Counted from the stretch's first letter, positions 31,749 to 44,151 are shown. The stretch: 64,000 nt of DNA from Azolla caroliniana (GCA_043228905.1 JBHGNT010000013.1:3100001-3164000); one strand, 5' to 3'. Notes: a model not told the origin generated them from the sequence alone. Numbers and translations are program-made.

Positions 31749-33734
31749 TCACAAATAAAGACATATGTTTTCATATTCAGTCATGCTCTACATCGAAACA
31801 GGCATGGGACACTCTTGCTTCTTTGTATCCCATGCGTAATGAAGCACATGTTGCATATTTGAGAAAGCAATTGAGGATGTATATATGGCTGAAAATGAGT
31901 CAATAGATGTGTATGTGACACACATCAAAGATTTGAAAGAGAAGTTGGCGAACATAGATGAGATCATTCTGAATACATCACTCATCTCTACGTTGTTGAA
32001 AGGATTACCAGAATCTTTTCAAAGCTTTGCTACTACAATATGTTTGGTTGCAAAAGGGAATACCGATATCATATATGTATGCATTTGATGAGGTTGTGTC
32101 TCTTCTTTTGCAAGAAGAACAATCTAGAGTGAATAGAAGTGGTTTGATAGAGGGAACACAAGCACTTGTTATCTCACAAAAGGGAAAAAGCAAGTATGGG
32201 TCAACTTTGGGTTCATCAAAACCAAGTCCCAAACCTTCCTCTTCCACTTATTCCTCTAATGATGGTGATTCGCAAAAGAAGAAGAGATGCAAATATTGTC
32301 AAAAGGTTGGTCATACTATTGATGAGTGTAGAAAGCTTGCTAAGTGCAATGAGAAGAAGAAGGAATCCGGCATGACCATTGCTGAAAATTCTTCATGTGC
32401 AAAGAGTGATGAAGCCAACATGGCTCAAGATTTTTGGACATGTGTTTTTACATATCATTATGATACATCATTGCACTCTAAGTGTATGGTTGTAAGTGAG
32501 GCTGATTCGGATTGGTTCTTTGATAGTGGTGCTTCAAAGCACATTACTTTATGCAAAAGTTTTTTTCCATCCTTGAAAGATGCACCGAAAGGAGGACATG
32601 TGGTGTGTGCAAACAATGCCTCTTATCCTATCATTGGAGTAGGATAAGTTGAGCTTACAGTTGCAAATGTAAGTGTTCTCATCTTGAAGAATGCATTGTA
32701 TGGGCCCGATATCAAGAAGAACTTAATTTCGGTTCCTTTGATTGCCAAATTTGAACTTCATGTACATTTTGTTGATGACAAGCGCATGGTTCATGATTTC
32801 AGCAATGACGATGTTATCGTGATGTCCGGTGCATTATGCAATGGCTTGTGTCATTTGGATACATACAAGAGGGCTGCCCTAAATGCCTTGGTTGTCCATA
32901 CTTCTTCCATGGCTGAAATGGAGCTTTGGCATGCTCGTTTTGGTCACTTGAACTTCAATAGTTTGCTCCACTTGCAAAAGAAGGATATGGTTATTGGGTT
33001 GCCTACATGTGAGTCCATTGAAAAGCATGCATGTGAAGGTTGCATTCTTGGAAAACTGCATCGTGCTTCTTTTCTAAAAGATAGTCACACACACTATAAG
33101 AAAATTATAGCTTGTTCATAGTGATGTGTGTGGTCCCGTAAAGACTCCATCTTTTGGAAAGCATGTATATTTTGTTATCCTCATTGATGATGCTACTTGC
33201 CATACATGGGTGTATCCTATGAAAACAAAGAATGAGGTATTTTCTTGCTTCAAATCATTTTTACCTATGGCTAAATTTTTTTCTAGAAATAAGCACTTGA
33301 CTTCACGCACGGATCGTGGCGGCAAATACATGTCACATGAGTTTAATGCTTTTCTTTGTGAAAGAGGTATTTCACATCAATGTATTGTGCCATATACACC
33401 TCTACAAAATGGTGTTGCGGAGTGCAAAAAGAGAACACTCTTGGAGATGGCACAATGTAGGGTTTAAAGGAAAGCATTTTCCTAACAACTTTTGGATGGA
33501 AGCAGTTATGTGTACAAATTATGTGTTGAATCGTTGCCCTACAAAAGCATTGAGAGTCATTACTCCTTATGAGGCTTGGAATGGACATAAACCTATGGTA
33601 AGTCATATCTTGTGTTTAGTTGTTTGGCATATGCTCTTGTGCCATCACAGTAACGTCACAAACTTGATGACAAGACAAAGAAATGCATATTTGTTGGTTA
33701 TAGTGCTGAAAGTAAGGGATATCGTTTGTACCGT

Positions 33735-34624
33735 TGTTGGGGTAGTTGTGGTTCGCGCGGCGAAGTCGCAGGGACTAAGGTTAAGGGGAGTTGAAGGAAC
33801 TTTTATAAGGCTTGCGCGCAAATGTTAGGAAGATAAAGGATATGAAGAATAATAGTTTAAAGTAATATGTGAGAGAGAGAGACTAGTATAGATAAAAGAT
33901 AGAGGCAATGTATGATTCAAGACGCAAGATAGAGACAAAGTATGATTTAAGACAAAAAGTATATGATATGAACATGATGTGTATTACGAATACAAGATTT
34001 TACCAACTTTACAATGTTTGGTAGCAAGATGAACCCTTTCTCTACCGACCCTTGATTCGAACTCTTGACTCCAACTTGGAAACACGAGCCTCTTCACCAA
34101 CAAGTTAACTTGTTTGTTTTTTTTATTACCTTATTTCTCTAACTTTCTCTTGATTGATTGATTCCCTTTTGTTTTCCTTTCCCCTCTTTTTATAAGTATT
34201 TCCATGCATATGGTAATGTCATGCATGTAATGCATGAGTTACATCTGATGCATGATCGCCATTTGGCGCACATGCATTGCATGTGATGCATGATAGCCAT
34301 CATGCTCATTTGAGCTCCCATGTATTGGGATAAGTATAATGATGGATATAACTCTAAAACAAATAACCTAGCTTAGTGGTGTATGGTTTGTGCTTGATAT
34401 ACAAGGTTGAGGGTTCAAGTCCCTCAATTTTACTTAATACAATATTTAAATTTATTCTTATATAGTGAAGCACATTCTTGACAACATTTCTAAAAACAAA
34501 TAGCCTACCCTAGTGGTATATACATTGTGCTTGGCTTATAAGGTTGTGGGTTCAAGTGTTTGAAATATTATTGAATTCAATATTTAAATTTATTTTTATA
34601 TCGTGAAGCAAATCCTTCACGACA
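33735..34624 (-). mobile_element. Solo LTR (890 bp) inserted in the Copia integrase region, carrying two tRNA-like cassettes
   Basis: TGTTG...CGACA termini and a CCGT TSD (33731-33734 and 34625-34628). The host frame KGYRLYR|PLTDTIIASQDVLF is restored on removal. Orientation is inferred. Confidence 0.85.
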
Positions 34625-34895
34625 CCGTCCATTGACGGACACTATTATTGCGAGTCAAGATGTGTTATTTGCTGAAAATTCAACTTTCCCTTTTCTTGAA
34701 TGCAAAAACCATCCAACAATTAGCTCACAAGATGTGTTCGATACATTCATGCCTTTGTTCCAAAGTGGTGCGCTTCACTATGGACATGTAGACCAACCAA
34801 GTGAGCTTCAAAGGGCTGAAAATTTCCATCCACATATGACTGAACATTTGCGACAAAATATGGATGAAAATGAGCATGAAATTCAGGCACATGTC

Positions 34896-35407
34896 TAGCA
34901 ATCGGCAACGGTTCGGTTTGAACGGAACCAAATTGCGGCTTAACAGTTTAAACGGTTCGGGTTTGGGTTCAGGTTTTTTTAAACGGTTCGGTTTGGTTTC
35001 AATAGTTAAAAACCGTGGTTTAAACGGTTAAACGGTTTTTTATTTTTAAAATTTTTTTTTTTTTAAAAATTCAAAAAAATAATAAAAAAATTTAAAAATT
35101 TTGTTTCTAAATAATCCTTTCATTTTCATGCCTTATTCTCATATTTTGGGAAATTTTTTAAATTTTAAATAATGAAAATTTTAAAATATTTAAAATGTAA
35201 AATTTGACCTAAGCTGAAAACTGAAACCGAACCATGAAATCGCGGTTTTACTAGTTTAATGGCTTAACGGTTTGAAATTTTTTAATGGTACGGTTTAATG
35301 GTTTCGTGGTTTGGTTCGGTTCAGGTTTCAACATCTCTAAGCGGTTCGGTTTCAAATTGGTTTGGTTTGGTCCCTCTCAAACCTAACCAAACCATTGCTG
35401 ATTGTTA
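34896..35407. mobile_element. hAT-type MITE
   Basis: Imperfect TIRs TAGCAATCGGCAACGGTTCGG / (rc)TAACAATCAGCAATGGTTTGG. 8-bp TSD cacatgtc/cgcatgtc. AACCG/CGGTT subterminal motifs and an AT-rich core. Confidence 0.85.
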
Positions 35408-38400
35408 CGCATGTCTATCAAGAGTGTGCAAACTATGCCAAAGTGGATGAAACAAACTTTGCAATACAACAAATTGAGTGCACCTTTACTTGGTAGAACA
35501 AGATCAAGCCCTCGCCATGCATCTAGTAATTTTGTGGATTATTCTATTGTTGCAACAAGATGTAATGAGGAGCCACTTACTACTGTGATGATCCACATTG
35601 GATGAGTGTTATCCAATCATAAATGGATTCCATGCATAAGAATGGTACTTGGGAGTTATGTAAATTGCCATAAGGAAAGAATGTCATTGGTACTAAGTGG
35701 GTTTACAAGATTAAACGAAAATCCGATGGTAGCATTGATCGCTACAAAGCTAGATTGGTTGCCAAAGGATAATATGCACAACAATATGGCATTGATTATG
35801 AGGAAACTTTTGCACCTACTTCCCGCATGACTATGAAAGAGAAAGAGCATATGGTTTGTCGCTTGCATAAAGCCTTGTATGGTCCCAAGCAAGCGCCACG
35901 TGCATGGTATGAAAAAATCCATAAGCACTTGATTGTTCTTGGCTTCATATGTAGTCTGATTGAAAGCACACTTTATGTACGCAAAGATGGGGCTGATCTT
36001 ACAATGATTGTTCTTTATGTTGATGACATACTCTTGAGTGGGTCACGTGATGCAAAACTTGACATTCTTATGGCTGATTTGCAGCATACTTTTGATGTCA
36101 CTTATCTTGGTCATTTGAGTTACTATCTTGACATCCAGTTTGTATCCATTGAGGGGGGAATGGTTATGCATCAAGGAAAGTATGTTGAAAAACTATAGTG
36201 TTTTGACTTGTAGAGTCTGGATTTAGGTTCTCAGTTGAGGATTCCTGTGATGCATTTGATAAGTTTCTCTTTATCAACAAGTTGTGGGATGTCTTATATA
36301 TGCATGCAATACAAGGTTGGATATACAATATGTAGTTTCCTAGTTGAGTCGATTCATGCATAGCCCTGGCACTAAGCATTGGCAAGTAGTGAAATGCGTG
36401 TTTAGATATCTTAGCGGCACTTTGAGCTTGGGTCTCTTTTATGGCAGAGATACTCAGCCATGCTTGCATGCTTTTACAAATAGTGATTGGGTTGGTTGTT
36501 ATGATACTTGTGTGTCCAGTAATGGTAATTGCTTTTTCCTTGGAAACTCATGTATATCTTGGTTGAGTAAAAAGCAACCTACATTGGTGACATCGAGTTG
36601 TGAAGCTGAGTACCAAGCAATTTTCACAACTATAGTGGAGTGTATATGGCTGAGTCACCTTTTTATGGATCTTTGCATGGAGATTGATGTTGCTACGCAT
36701 ATTCTCACATATAGTCAGAGTGCATTGGTTGTTGCACAAAATCCTGTATTTCGTGCACGGACCAAACATATCGAGGTGCATTGTCACTATGTGAGAGAGA
36801 GCCTTCATGCAGGAGATATTGATTTGGTATACATGCCTAAACAAGATATAATGTGCCAGACATATTCACCAAAGCTCTTCCACGGGAAACGTTTGAAGCT
36901 TTTTGCAAAGCTTTAGGCTTATTGCATTGTGGGGGTTGATATGTCACTCCCTGTATGTGTTCACATCGTTCGCTCCAAGGGGGTTTGTTACACTTATGTG
37001 TTCCTCGAGTAGCTTTGATGTGAACATTTTCCCTATACATGAGCACTTTTACTTTAGTGATGGCTAGAGGTTTTTTCCCCATGTTACCACATACATGATT
37101 CGCTCATATGTGGTGGTAATTAGTACTTGGGGATATATTTCAGGTCTTATTTATTTATTAGTATTATTCATCAATAGAGAGAGCTATTCTAGCCATTGTC
37201 TTCTCGGTGTGAGTGTTGTATTTGTACTTCTTGTGTGTCTCACACCCTCCCACACACACTTCTCGGTGTGAGTGTTGTATTTGTACTTTGGTCCTCGAGC
37301 AAGTAGGAGGTTCCCCCTGTGGAGTATCCACCCTCTTGATGAGAAGTCGACTTGGATGTCATCTTTGTCAAGTTGTCTGATTGAGATCAACGGTTGTGAG
37401 AGCTCAAGTACATGTCAAACATTGTGTAGTACAAGTGTAGAGCCACCTAGAAGGTTGAGCTCTACAATATCGATTTCAATTATGGCACAGTGCTATGAAT
37501 TTCCGACTTGGATTGAGTTGGAGTGTCAGGCCGAATATTTTCGAAATTGGGATCTATGAGGGGTCACATGGTATGAAATGCCCGAATCCAAGAGCCAAGT
37601 ACTTGACTCTTCAATCGTAAGCAGAACTTCTGATTCGTTGAGTGCTCGATGAACATAATGTTCGGGTTGTTTGTTAATACTTCGGTTGACGAGTTGACGT
37701 AGTTGACCTCCTCGTGGCGACCACTCTTCTAATCAGCTCGTTGAGCTTTATCATTTTTGGCTTTGACTATGCGACAATTAGCCTTGATATGTCCAGGTTT
37801 CTTGTAGTAATTGCAGATTCGATTGTCCCAAGACTTGCTCTGACTTCGCATGTTGTTCAGCGATCAGGAAGAACTTCTTCCTCGACTATTCGGTCGGTTA
37901 GCTGAACTTTGTACTACATAGACGTCACTGGCAGAATCATTTGCAAAAGATTTTCTCCGAGCAACTTCAGTCAAGATTGAGCTTGTGACCTCGGAGTATT
38001 TAACAACGGCAATCAATGCATTGCACACAGTTGTGACGAAAGTTTCCCACAAAGGGGGGAGACTACTCATTATAAGCATAGCTTTTGGTTCATCCTCTAT
38101 CATTGTCCCCTAGGCCGAAATCTAGGAGCTTCGACTTTCGTACTCGTTTAGGTGTGCCTAGACCGAGTCGGATTCTTTCATCTGAAGGTTGTAAAGGCGT
38201 GAAATCAAATATATCTTTGTGGCAGTGACCTTCTTTTCATAGGTGTTCGAAAGTGTCTTCCATGGTTGGAAGGCCGTCGAACACGATTGCACTATGAAGT
38301 ACACTAACTCCGACAAGTGCATCCAAATAGTGGCACGAACGGTTCTATCTAGCTTTGTCCACTCATTCGGCTTGTATCCTTCTGAAGCGTTTTTTGTATT

Positions 38401-39198
38401 GATTGGGTCGATCTGACCCTTGACTATTAGATAGTTCTGCATCTACTCCTTCCAGAAGTTGAAGTTCGATCCGGGGAACTTCCGTAGACTCATCTCTGAT
38501 GAGCCAAATGTTGATGTCATCTGTGTCGGTTTGCTAGACTTTGTCTGTAGTCGACTGCGAACAGTGGTGGGATGCTACTGACTGGCTCACCCGATATTGT
38601 TCTAGTCGGATTTGGACACGAGTCGAATTGACTTTGACTATTGGAGGGTTCTGTCTGAAGTGGCTACAATTGATCGACTTAGCCAAGTTGGACCCAAATT
38701 TGCCAATTTAATTGTCGATGGGATTTGGAATAACATTTGGGTGCTAAACTTGCTCGAAGTGGCTACAGTGAATGGAGGAACAAAGCCGATTGGTCTTCCC
38801 GAATTGAGCACAATTAACTTCCGATTCGATTCCGAATGCCGATTTTAAGATACTGATAACAAATTATGTGTCGTTTTTCCAAGCTGATCCTGATTCGAAT
38901 GACTATGACAATGAGAGGGATAGAGCCAACTGATCCTCTTGAATGTCACCAAATGAAGCATAGATAGGGATTGTTCCCTACAACCCAATCTGCTACAAGT
39001 GGTTACAACGAGTGAGTGAACAACGTCGAATGACTTGTTTGATTGTTGTCTAACCTGATGAAGCACAATTGAGGCAAAACTTGCAAAACAAGGTCTCACT
39101 CCGAGCAACTACAATCATAGGAGTAAAGTACAACCAACTGGCTTACTTCAAGAGGGATTTAGAACAGTGGATTGCAAACTTTCCAGGTGTTTTTCTCT

Positions 39199-39419
39199 TT
39201 AGGCTATCCCTCTCTACATTCACTACCTCCCTAACTCCCACATCCTCCTTTATACACATTCAAATCCCCTTTCATCCATCCCCATCACTCCCCTTCTCTC
39301 TTCTTTCATCTTCCCTTATATAAGCCTCTCACATTTTTGTATATGGTCTTTAGCACTGATGAGCTCATATAGAGCGAAACATGTTTGCCAAAAGACCTTT
39401 TCTAAAATAAATTGAAATT

Positions 39420-39462
<43 letters not shown>

Positions 39463-39597
39463 CTTCTCCCCTACTATTCTCTTTTATACTATTCTTTAGG
39501 TACCATACTATTTAACCTAACTATTCAACCGCCGAAGGTTATACGCTCACACTCCTTGCTTAGGCCATACGGCCAACAACTACTAAAGATTTGACAT
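39199..39597 (+). repeat. 5' pseudo-LTR of the PLE
   Basis: ttaggctatccctctctac...aagatttgacat, highly similar to 43755-44151. Contains the HHR and a (CT)n tract. Confidence 0.9.
39345..39397 (+). ncRNA. Minimal type-I hammerhead ribozyme, copy 1
   Basis: GGTCTTTAGCA-CTGATGA-GCTC atata GAGC-GAAA-CATG-TT-TGCCAAAAGACC: conserved core, 4-bp stem II, palindromic ACATGT stem III, extended stem I. Confidence 0.85.
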
Positions 39598-39899
39598 ATC
39601 ACATGGAGGTTCATTCACCGGAGATAGGAACCCACAATGGATCTGCATCGACAATGTTCGGGGCAACCATCTAGTGAAGGGTTCCCTCAGCCCACGGTAA
39701 TGACGAATGGAGTGATGGCATCAGCTACACCGACCCCTATCAAGCGTAATAGTGCGAATAAAAGACCACAAAAGCGCGCTCGAGATTATATTCTCACTCA
39801 TCAACTCCACTCCTGACTAAGGTTTCCAATACTAAAGTATCATCTTCTAATACATCATTTTGCTCGAAATACATAGAATAATATAAAACTAGAGTTTTC

Positions 39900-41640
39900 G
39901 CAGAATTTAAACCCATTTAAACAACTCTTCAAAAGAAAAAAACAAGCCGAAAACACCCATAGTAGGATGTTGAACTTATACTCTCATGAATTAACCCCTA
40001 ATAGTTAATAGTCTTAGAATTTATCCCCCCAAGCTAAAGATAGATCATGAAGAAATTAACAATAACATGCATAAGGACTTTCTAACCCTCACTAATCAAT
40101 ATAATAAAGATCTAACAAGTACTTATATTAAACATCTAGACTTACTATTGCTCTCCTATACTAAAACCCTAGATAATTTCCCTAATACCGTTAGATCAGA
40201 TCTACATAACTTTGCAAACATCCTTCAAGAACCCCAACATTTTGAGGATGTGTGATCATATGTTGAGCCTGCTAATTTTCAAAAAACGATTAATACGTTA
40301 CTACAAGATTTCGGCTCTGAAATCCTAAAAATGTGTGACGATTTCGCACTAAATCACAACATTGATGATACACTTAAGAGAACAACCACAGAACTTAGAG
40401 ATAAAACAAGAGCACAAAATAGATATGAAAACCCTAATATTAGGATATAGACATTACAATGTATGAAGGGGAAGAAGAAAATGATAATGAAATGTTTTAT
40501 GACAGTCCCTCGTACATTGCTCCCATAGAAGCCGAGATAAATAACACTAAAAATTCTATCCCCCATACTATTAACCTAAATAAAAATTCTAATCACACAC
40601 CCACACCCACACCCACACCCAACCCCAAAATAAATCTAAACTTTACCCTAAACCCTAACCCAGAACCTAAGTCTAACCCAAACACTAACTTTAATTCCAA
40701 AAATACCACTAACCCTTTTCCTAACTCTCACCCTAACCCAAACCACCGCTCCAATAATAACTCCAAACAAGCGCAACGTCCTCGTCACCGAGCATCTAAC
40801 CTCCTTTTCCCCTGCAACACCGCAACTAATGAGGTTAAACAGGCATTTAAACCTTATCCCAACCCTGGCGGGCCTCATGTTCTTTTCCATAACCCACACT
40901 TTGCCACACCACAAGCATTTGCAACGATAGGCCTCGGTCATCTCCCCGCTCATACAAGTCCTTCGGCTCCTAACACTGTCCCCAAGCTCCATCCACCATA
41001 CTATCGTCAGCCGCACCTGCCAAACATTTCAAGGCAACAATTTCGACACTCTATTACGAAACAAAACTGTCAACAAAACTTCATGCCGTTGCCCCTTCTT
41101 CACCGTACACATGGTACGCCCTACGATAATTGGACATCACAGAAACGTTATCCACCCCACAATACTCAACAACATGTTGCGGTTGATCGCGGCCTCTTCC
41201 CACACCGTCCCCGAGCTCCATCCACCATACTATCGTCAGCCGCACTTGCCAATCATTTCAAGGCAACAATTTCGACACTCTATTACGAATCAAAACTGCC
41301 AACAAAACTTCCCGCCGCTGCCCCTTCTTCGTTGTACACATGGTACGCCCTACGGTAATTGGACATCACAGAAACGTGATCCACCCCACAATACTCAACA
41401 ACATGCTGCGGTTGATCGCCCCCCCCCCCCCTCTAACTCATACTCTACCCCTCCCTCGTATCTTAATAAACCCCCTTCTTATTATCCCCTCTCTAATATA
41501 ATAACCCCCTTCACCCACCACACCACCCCTCCCTCCTATCCTAATCATAAACATTATAGAAATACACCACACCCCACTAATCCTCCCCCTACCACACACC
41601 ATAGGAACCCACATTCTCGCCGACCAAAAAACGACTAGCA
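39900..41640 (+). pseudogene. PLE upstream ORF1-like region (helical segment, then Pro/Asn/His-rich low complexity), disrupted
   Basis: ORF fragments 40067-40255, 40459-41358 and 41111-41638, with an internal 229-bp duplication. No recognisable nuclease motif. Confidence 0.55.
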
Positions 41641-41859
41641 CGACGTGCTAAGCGTGTTAACAAACACTTTAGACGCGTCGTGCATCCTTGTAGATGCCTA
41701 TTTTATCTTCTTAATAGGACCACCTCCACCCCAGACACTTTTATGTGGCTAGGTAATACAAATACATCTTTCCCTTTCCACCCACGCCAGAATAAATCCA
41801 ATAGTAATAGACTACAAAAAAAGTTTTGGAAACCGCTTAATGTTACCCTTCGAATAGAA

Positions 41860-43606
41860 AGTAAAATTCACAATTTATCTAAACACCCCTTCACAAATAG
41901 TGAAACACAATTGCTAAGCTTAGGACTCAAATACATCCCACCATCCTCTCTACCTTCCACTAACACTATCGTTAAAGAATTTGCTAGTTTAAGTAGATCT
42001 TTACGTTTAAAACATTTCTTTAGAGACATGGACTCCCCCCCCTTAATCCATTTAAACTACCAAATCCTAACTGGAATCCACCATCTCAATATCCCCCTCT
42101 AGAAAATATTATTAAAAAACATGAAACCCTCCTTTTGTTTAAACACCAACAACCTAAACCCAAACCCGTTAGGACACCATTTCACCTTCGCACAACCCTT
42201 AAGAGACTTATGAAAAACAACCAAATTATCGTTCTTCCGGCTAATAAGAACATGGGAGTATGTGTTCTAGACAAAGATACCTATTATAAAAAAGCTAAAA
42301 ACCACCTCTCGGATACCACCACCTATAGAAAAATAACCCATTTCCCATTAGAAGAACTCTTATGTCGCCTAAATAGTATAGTGAAAAAAAATCTAGGAAC
42401 ACTTTCCTTTATTGAAGCTAATTACATACTCCATAAACCCCTAAAGGGATATCAAGTATCTAATATTTACTTTGTCCCTAAACTCCATAAAACACCCATT
42501 AGCTTTAGACCCATCTGTTCTTATAATAACTCGATATTGGAGCAACCTCGAAATGACTACATTTTCAACTTTTACCCATCCTAGTACTCCAAAAACAATA
42601 CCTAAAAGACTCACACTCCCTCATCTAGAAACTAGAACAACTAACCCCCCCCCCCCCTAACAGTTTCATCTGCTCTTTTGATGTAGAATCCCTTTATCCT
42701 AGCATCCCCCCTAAGTTAGGACTTAAAGCACTTCGCCATATCATCTCCCCCCATTTCTCCTTAGCCAAGACTAATCTTATCTATACCCTTAGCGCTCTAA
42801 CCCTAGAGTATCACTACTTGACCTTCGATAATCAAGTATACCAACAAATCAAAGGAACAACCATGGGTAGCAACTTCTCATTTGTCTATGCATGCCTTTT
42901 CTTATCACACTTAGAAAACTCACAAACCACGCCCCATCTCTTCTATTTTACTAGGTACATAGATGATGCATTCGGGGTTTGGATAGGTATGAAACCCCAA
43001 CTATAAGAATACCTCAATTTCCATAACCTTATGACCAATAACTCTATTAAACTTACGATCCATACGTCCCCCACTAGGCTCCCTTTCTTGGATATTTGGA
43101 TCAATCTAGAAAACTCTAAGTTCTTCTTCAATTGTTTCCAAAAACCATTAAATTCCTATCAATATCTTCCCTTCTCTTCAGACCATCCCATACATGTTAA
43201 ACAAAATTTTATTTCAAACGAATTAAAACACTACCTAGTTAGAGAAAGCGCACCTATAGGGTACCTAGAAATGAAAAAACGTTTCTTCCTTAGACTCATT
43301 AGCCGAGGTTACCCACCCCATTTCATCCTTAAAGCCTTTGAAAAACATAATTTCTCCCTTAGGAATTCTCTCATCCATAAGCATAAAAACAAATCTTCCC
43401 TTACACCTACCAGATTCAAGCTTAGGTACTCTAAAAACTCCCCTAAATTAGGCATCCACTCGTTTTTACAAGACTTATACGCCGACCTTAGCCTAGATCC
43501 CCAACTAAAAGACATTCCTAAGCCTTTCATATGTTGGACCAAATCCAAATCACTCTATTCTTATGTAGTCAAAACTAAATATATTAGATCCCCAAATCCC
43601 CATTAA
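41860..43606 (+). pseudogene. PLE reverse transcriptase plus thumb domain, frameshifted
   Basis: IHNLSK..SETQLLSLGLKYIP, IIVLPANKNMG (DKG-motif variant), YFVPKLHK..FRPICS, SFDVESLYPSIP, QIKGTTMGSNFS, RYIDDAFGVW, LPFLDIWI, YLPFSSDHP, RLISRGYP. The ORF stops at 43606. Confidence 0.9.
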
Positions 43607-43735
43607 AACATCACACTTACTATTTATATCATTCTATTAGAACTAAATATATTAGATCCCCAAATCCCCATTAAAACATCACACTTACTATTTATATCAT
43701 TCTATTAGAACTAAATATAATAGATCCCCAAATCC
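43573..43735. repeat. 68-bp tandem repeat (~2.4 copies) spanning the PLE RT stop codon
   Basis: aactaaatatattagatccccaaatcc at 43573, 43641 and 43709. Confidence 0.9.
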
Positions 43736-43754
43736 TCCATTGCCATCAAACTCA

Positions 43755-43975
43755 TTAGGCTATCCCTCTCTACATTCACTATCTCCCTAACTCCCACATC
43801 CTCCTTTATACACATTCAAATCCCCTCTCATGTATCCCCATCACTCCCCTTCTCCTTTCTTTCATCTTCCCTTATATAAGCCTCTCACATTTTTGTATAT
43901 GGTCTTTAGCACTGATGAGCTCATATAGAGCGAAACATGTTTGCCAAAAGACCTTTCCTTACATAAATTAAAATT

Positions 43976-44016
<41 letters not shown>

Positions 44017-44151
44017 CTTCTCCCCTACTATTCTCTTTTATACTATTCTTTAGGTACCATACTATTTAACCTAACTATTCAACCATCGAAAGTGATACGC
44101 TCACACTCCTTGCTTAGGCCATACGACCAACAACTATTAAAGATTCGACAT
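43755..44151 (+). repeat. 3' pseudo-LTR of the PLE
   Basis: Near-identical copy of 39199-39597. Confidence 0.9.
43901..43953 (+). ncRNA. Minimal type-I hammerhead ribozyme, copy 2
   Basis: Same 53-nt motif as copy 1. Confidence 0.85.

Larger units (their letters stand above)
31830..37290 (+). mobile_element. Degenerate Ty1/Copia element (gag, PR, INT, RT, RNaseH, PPT, partial 3' LTR) with two nested insertions
   Basis: LLKGLPESF, CKYCQKVGHTIDEC, WFFDSGAS, LWHARFGH, CEGCILGK, RTDRGGKY, QNGVAE, KGYRLY, LYVDDIL, TNSDW, RTKHIEV. PPT tgtggggg at ~36928, LTR from ~36937. Many stops and frameshifts. Confidence 0.93.
39199..44151 (+). mobile_element. Penelope-like retroelement (PLE) lacking a GIY-YIG endonuclease, with direct pseudo-LTRs
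   Basis: Direct repeats at 39199-39597 and 43755-44151 without TG..CA ends. PLE-type RT motifs (see RT feature). One hammerhead ribozyme in each repeat. Confidence 0.88.

Noticed and set aside
34366-34562. Bona fide tRNA genes
   Set aside because: Acceptor and anticodon stems cannot be formed convincingly and the units lie inside an LTR, so they are treated as tRNA-derived cassettes.
40640-40740. Interstitial telomeric array
   Set aside because: Only a few imperfect CCCTAA(A) units, inside a Pro/Asn-coding tract.
39199-44151. Classification as an LTR or DIRS retrotransposon
   Set aside because: No TG..CA ends, PBS, PPT, protease, integrase, RNaseH or tyrosine recombinase seen. The RT motifs and hammerheads are PLE-type.
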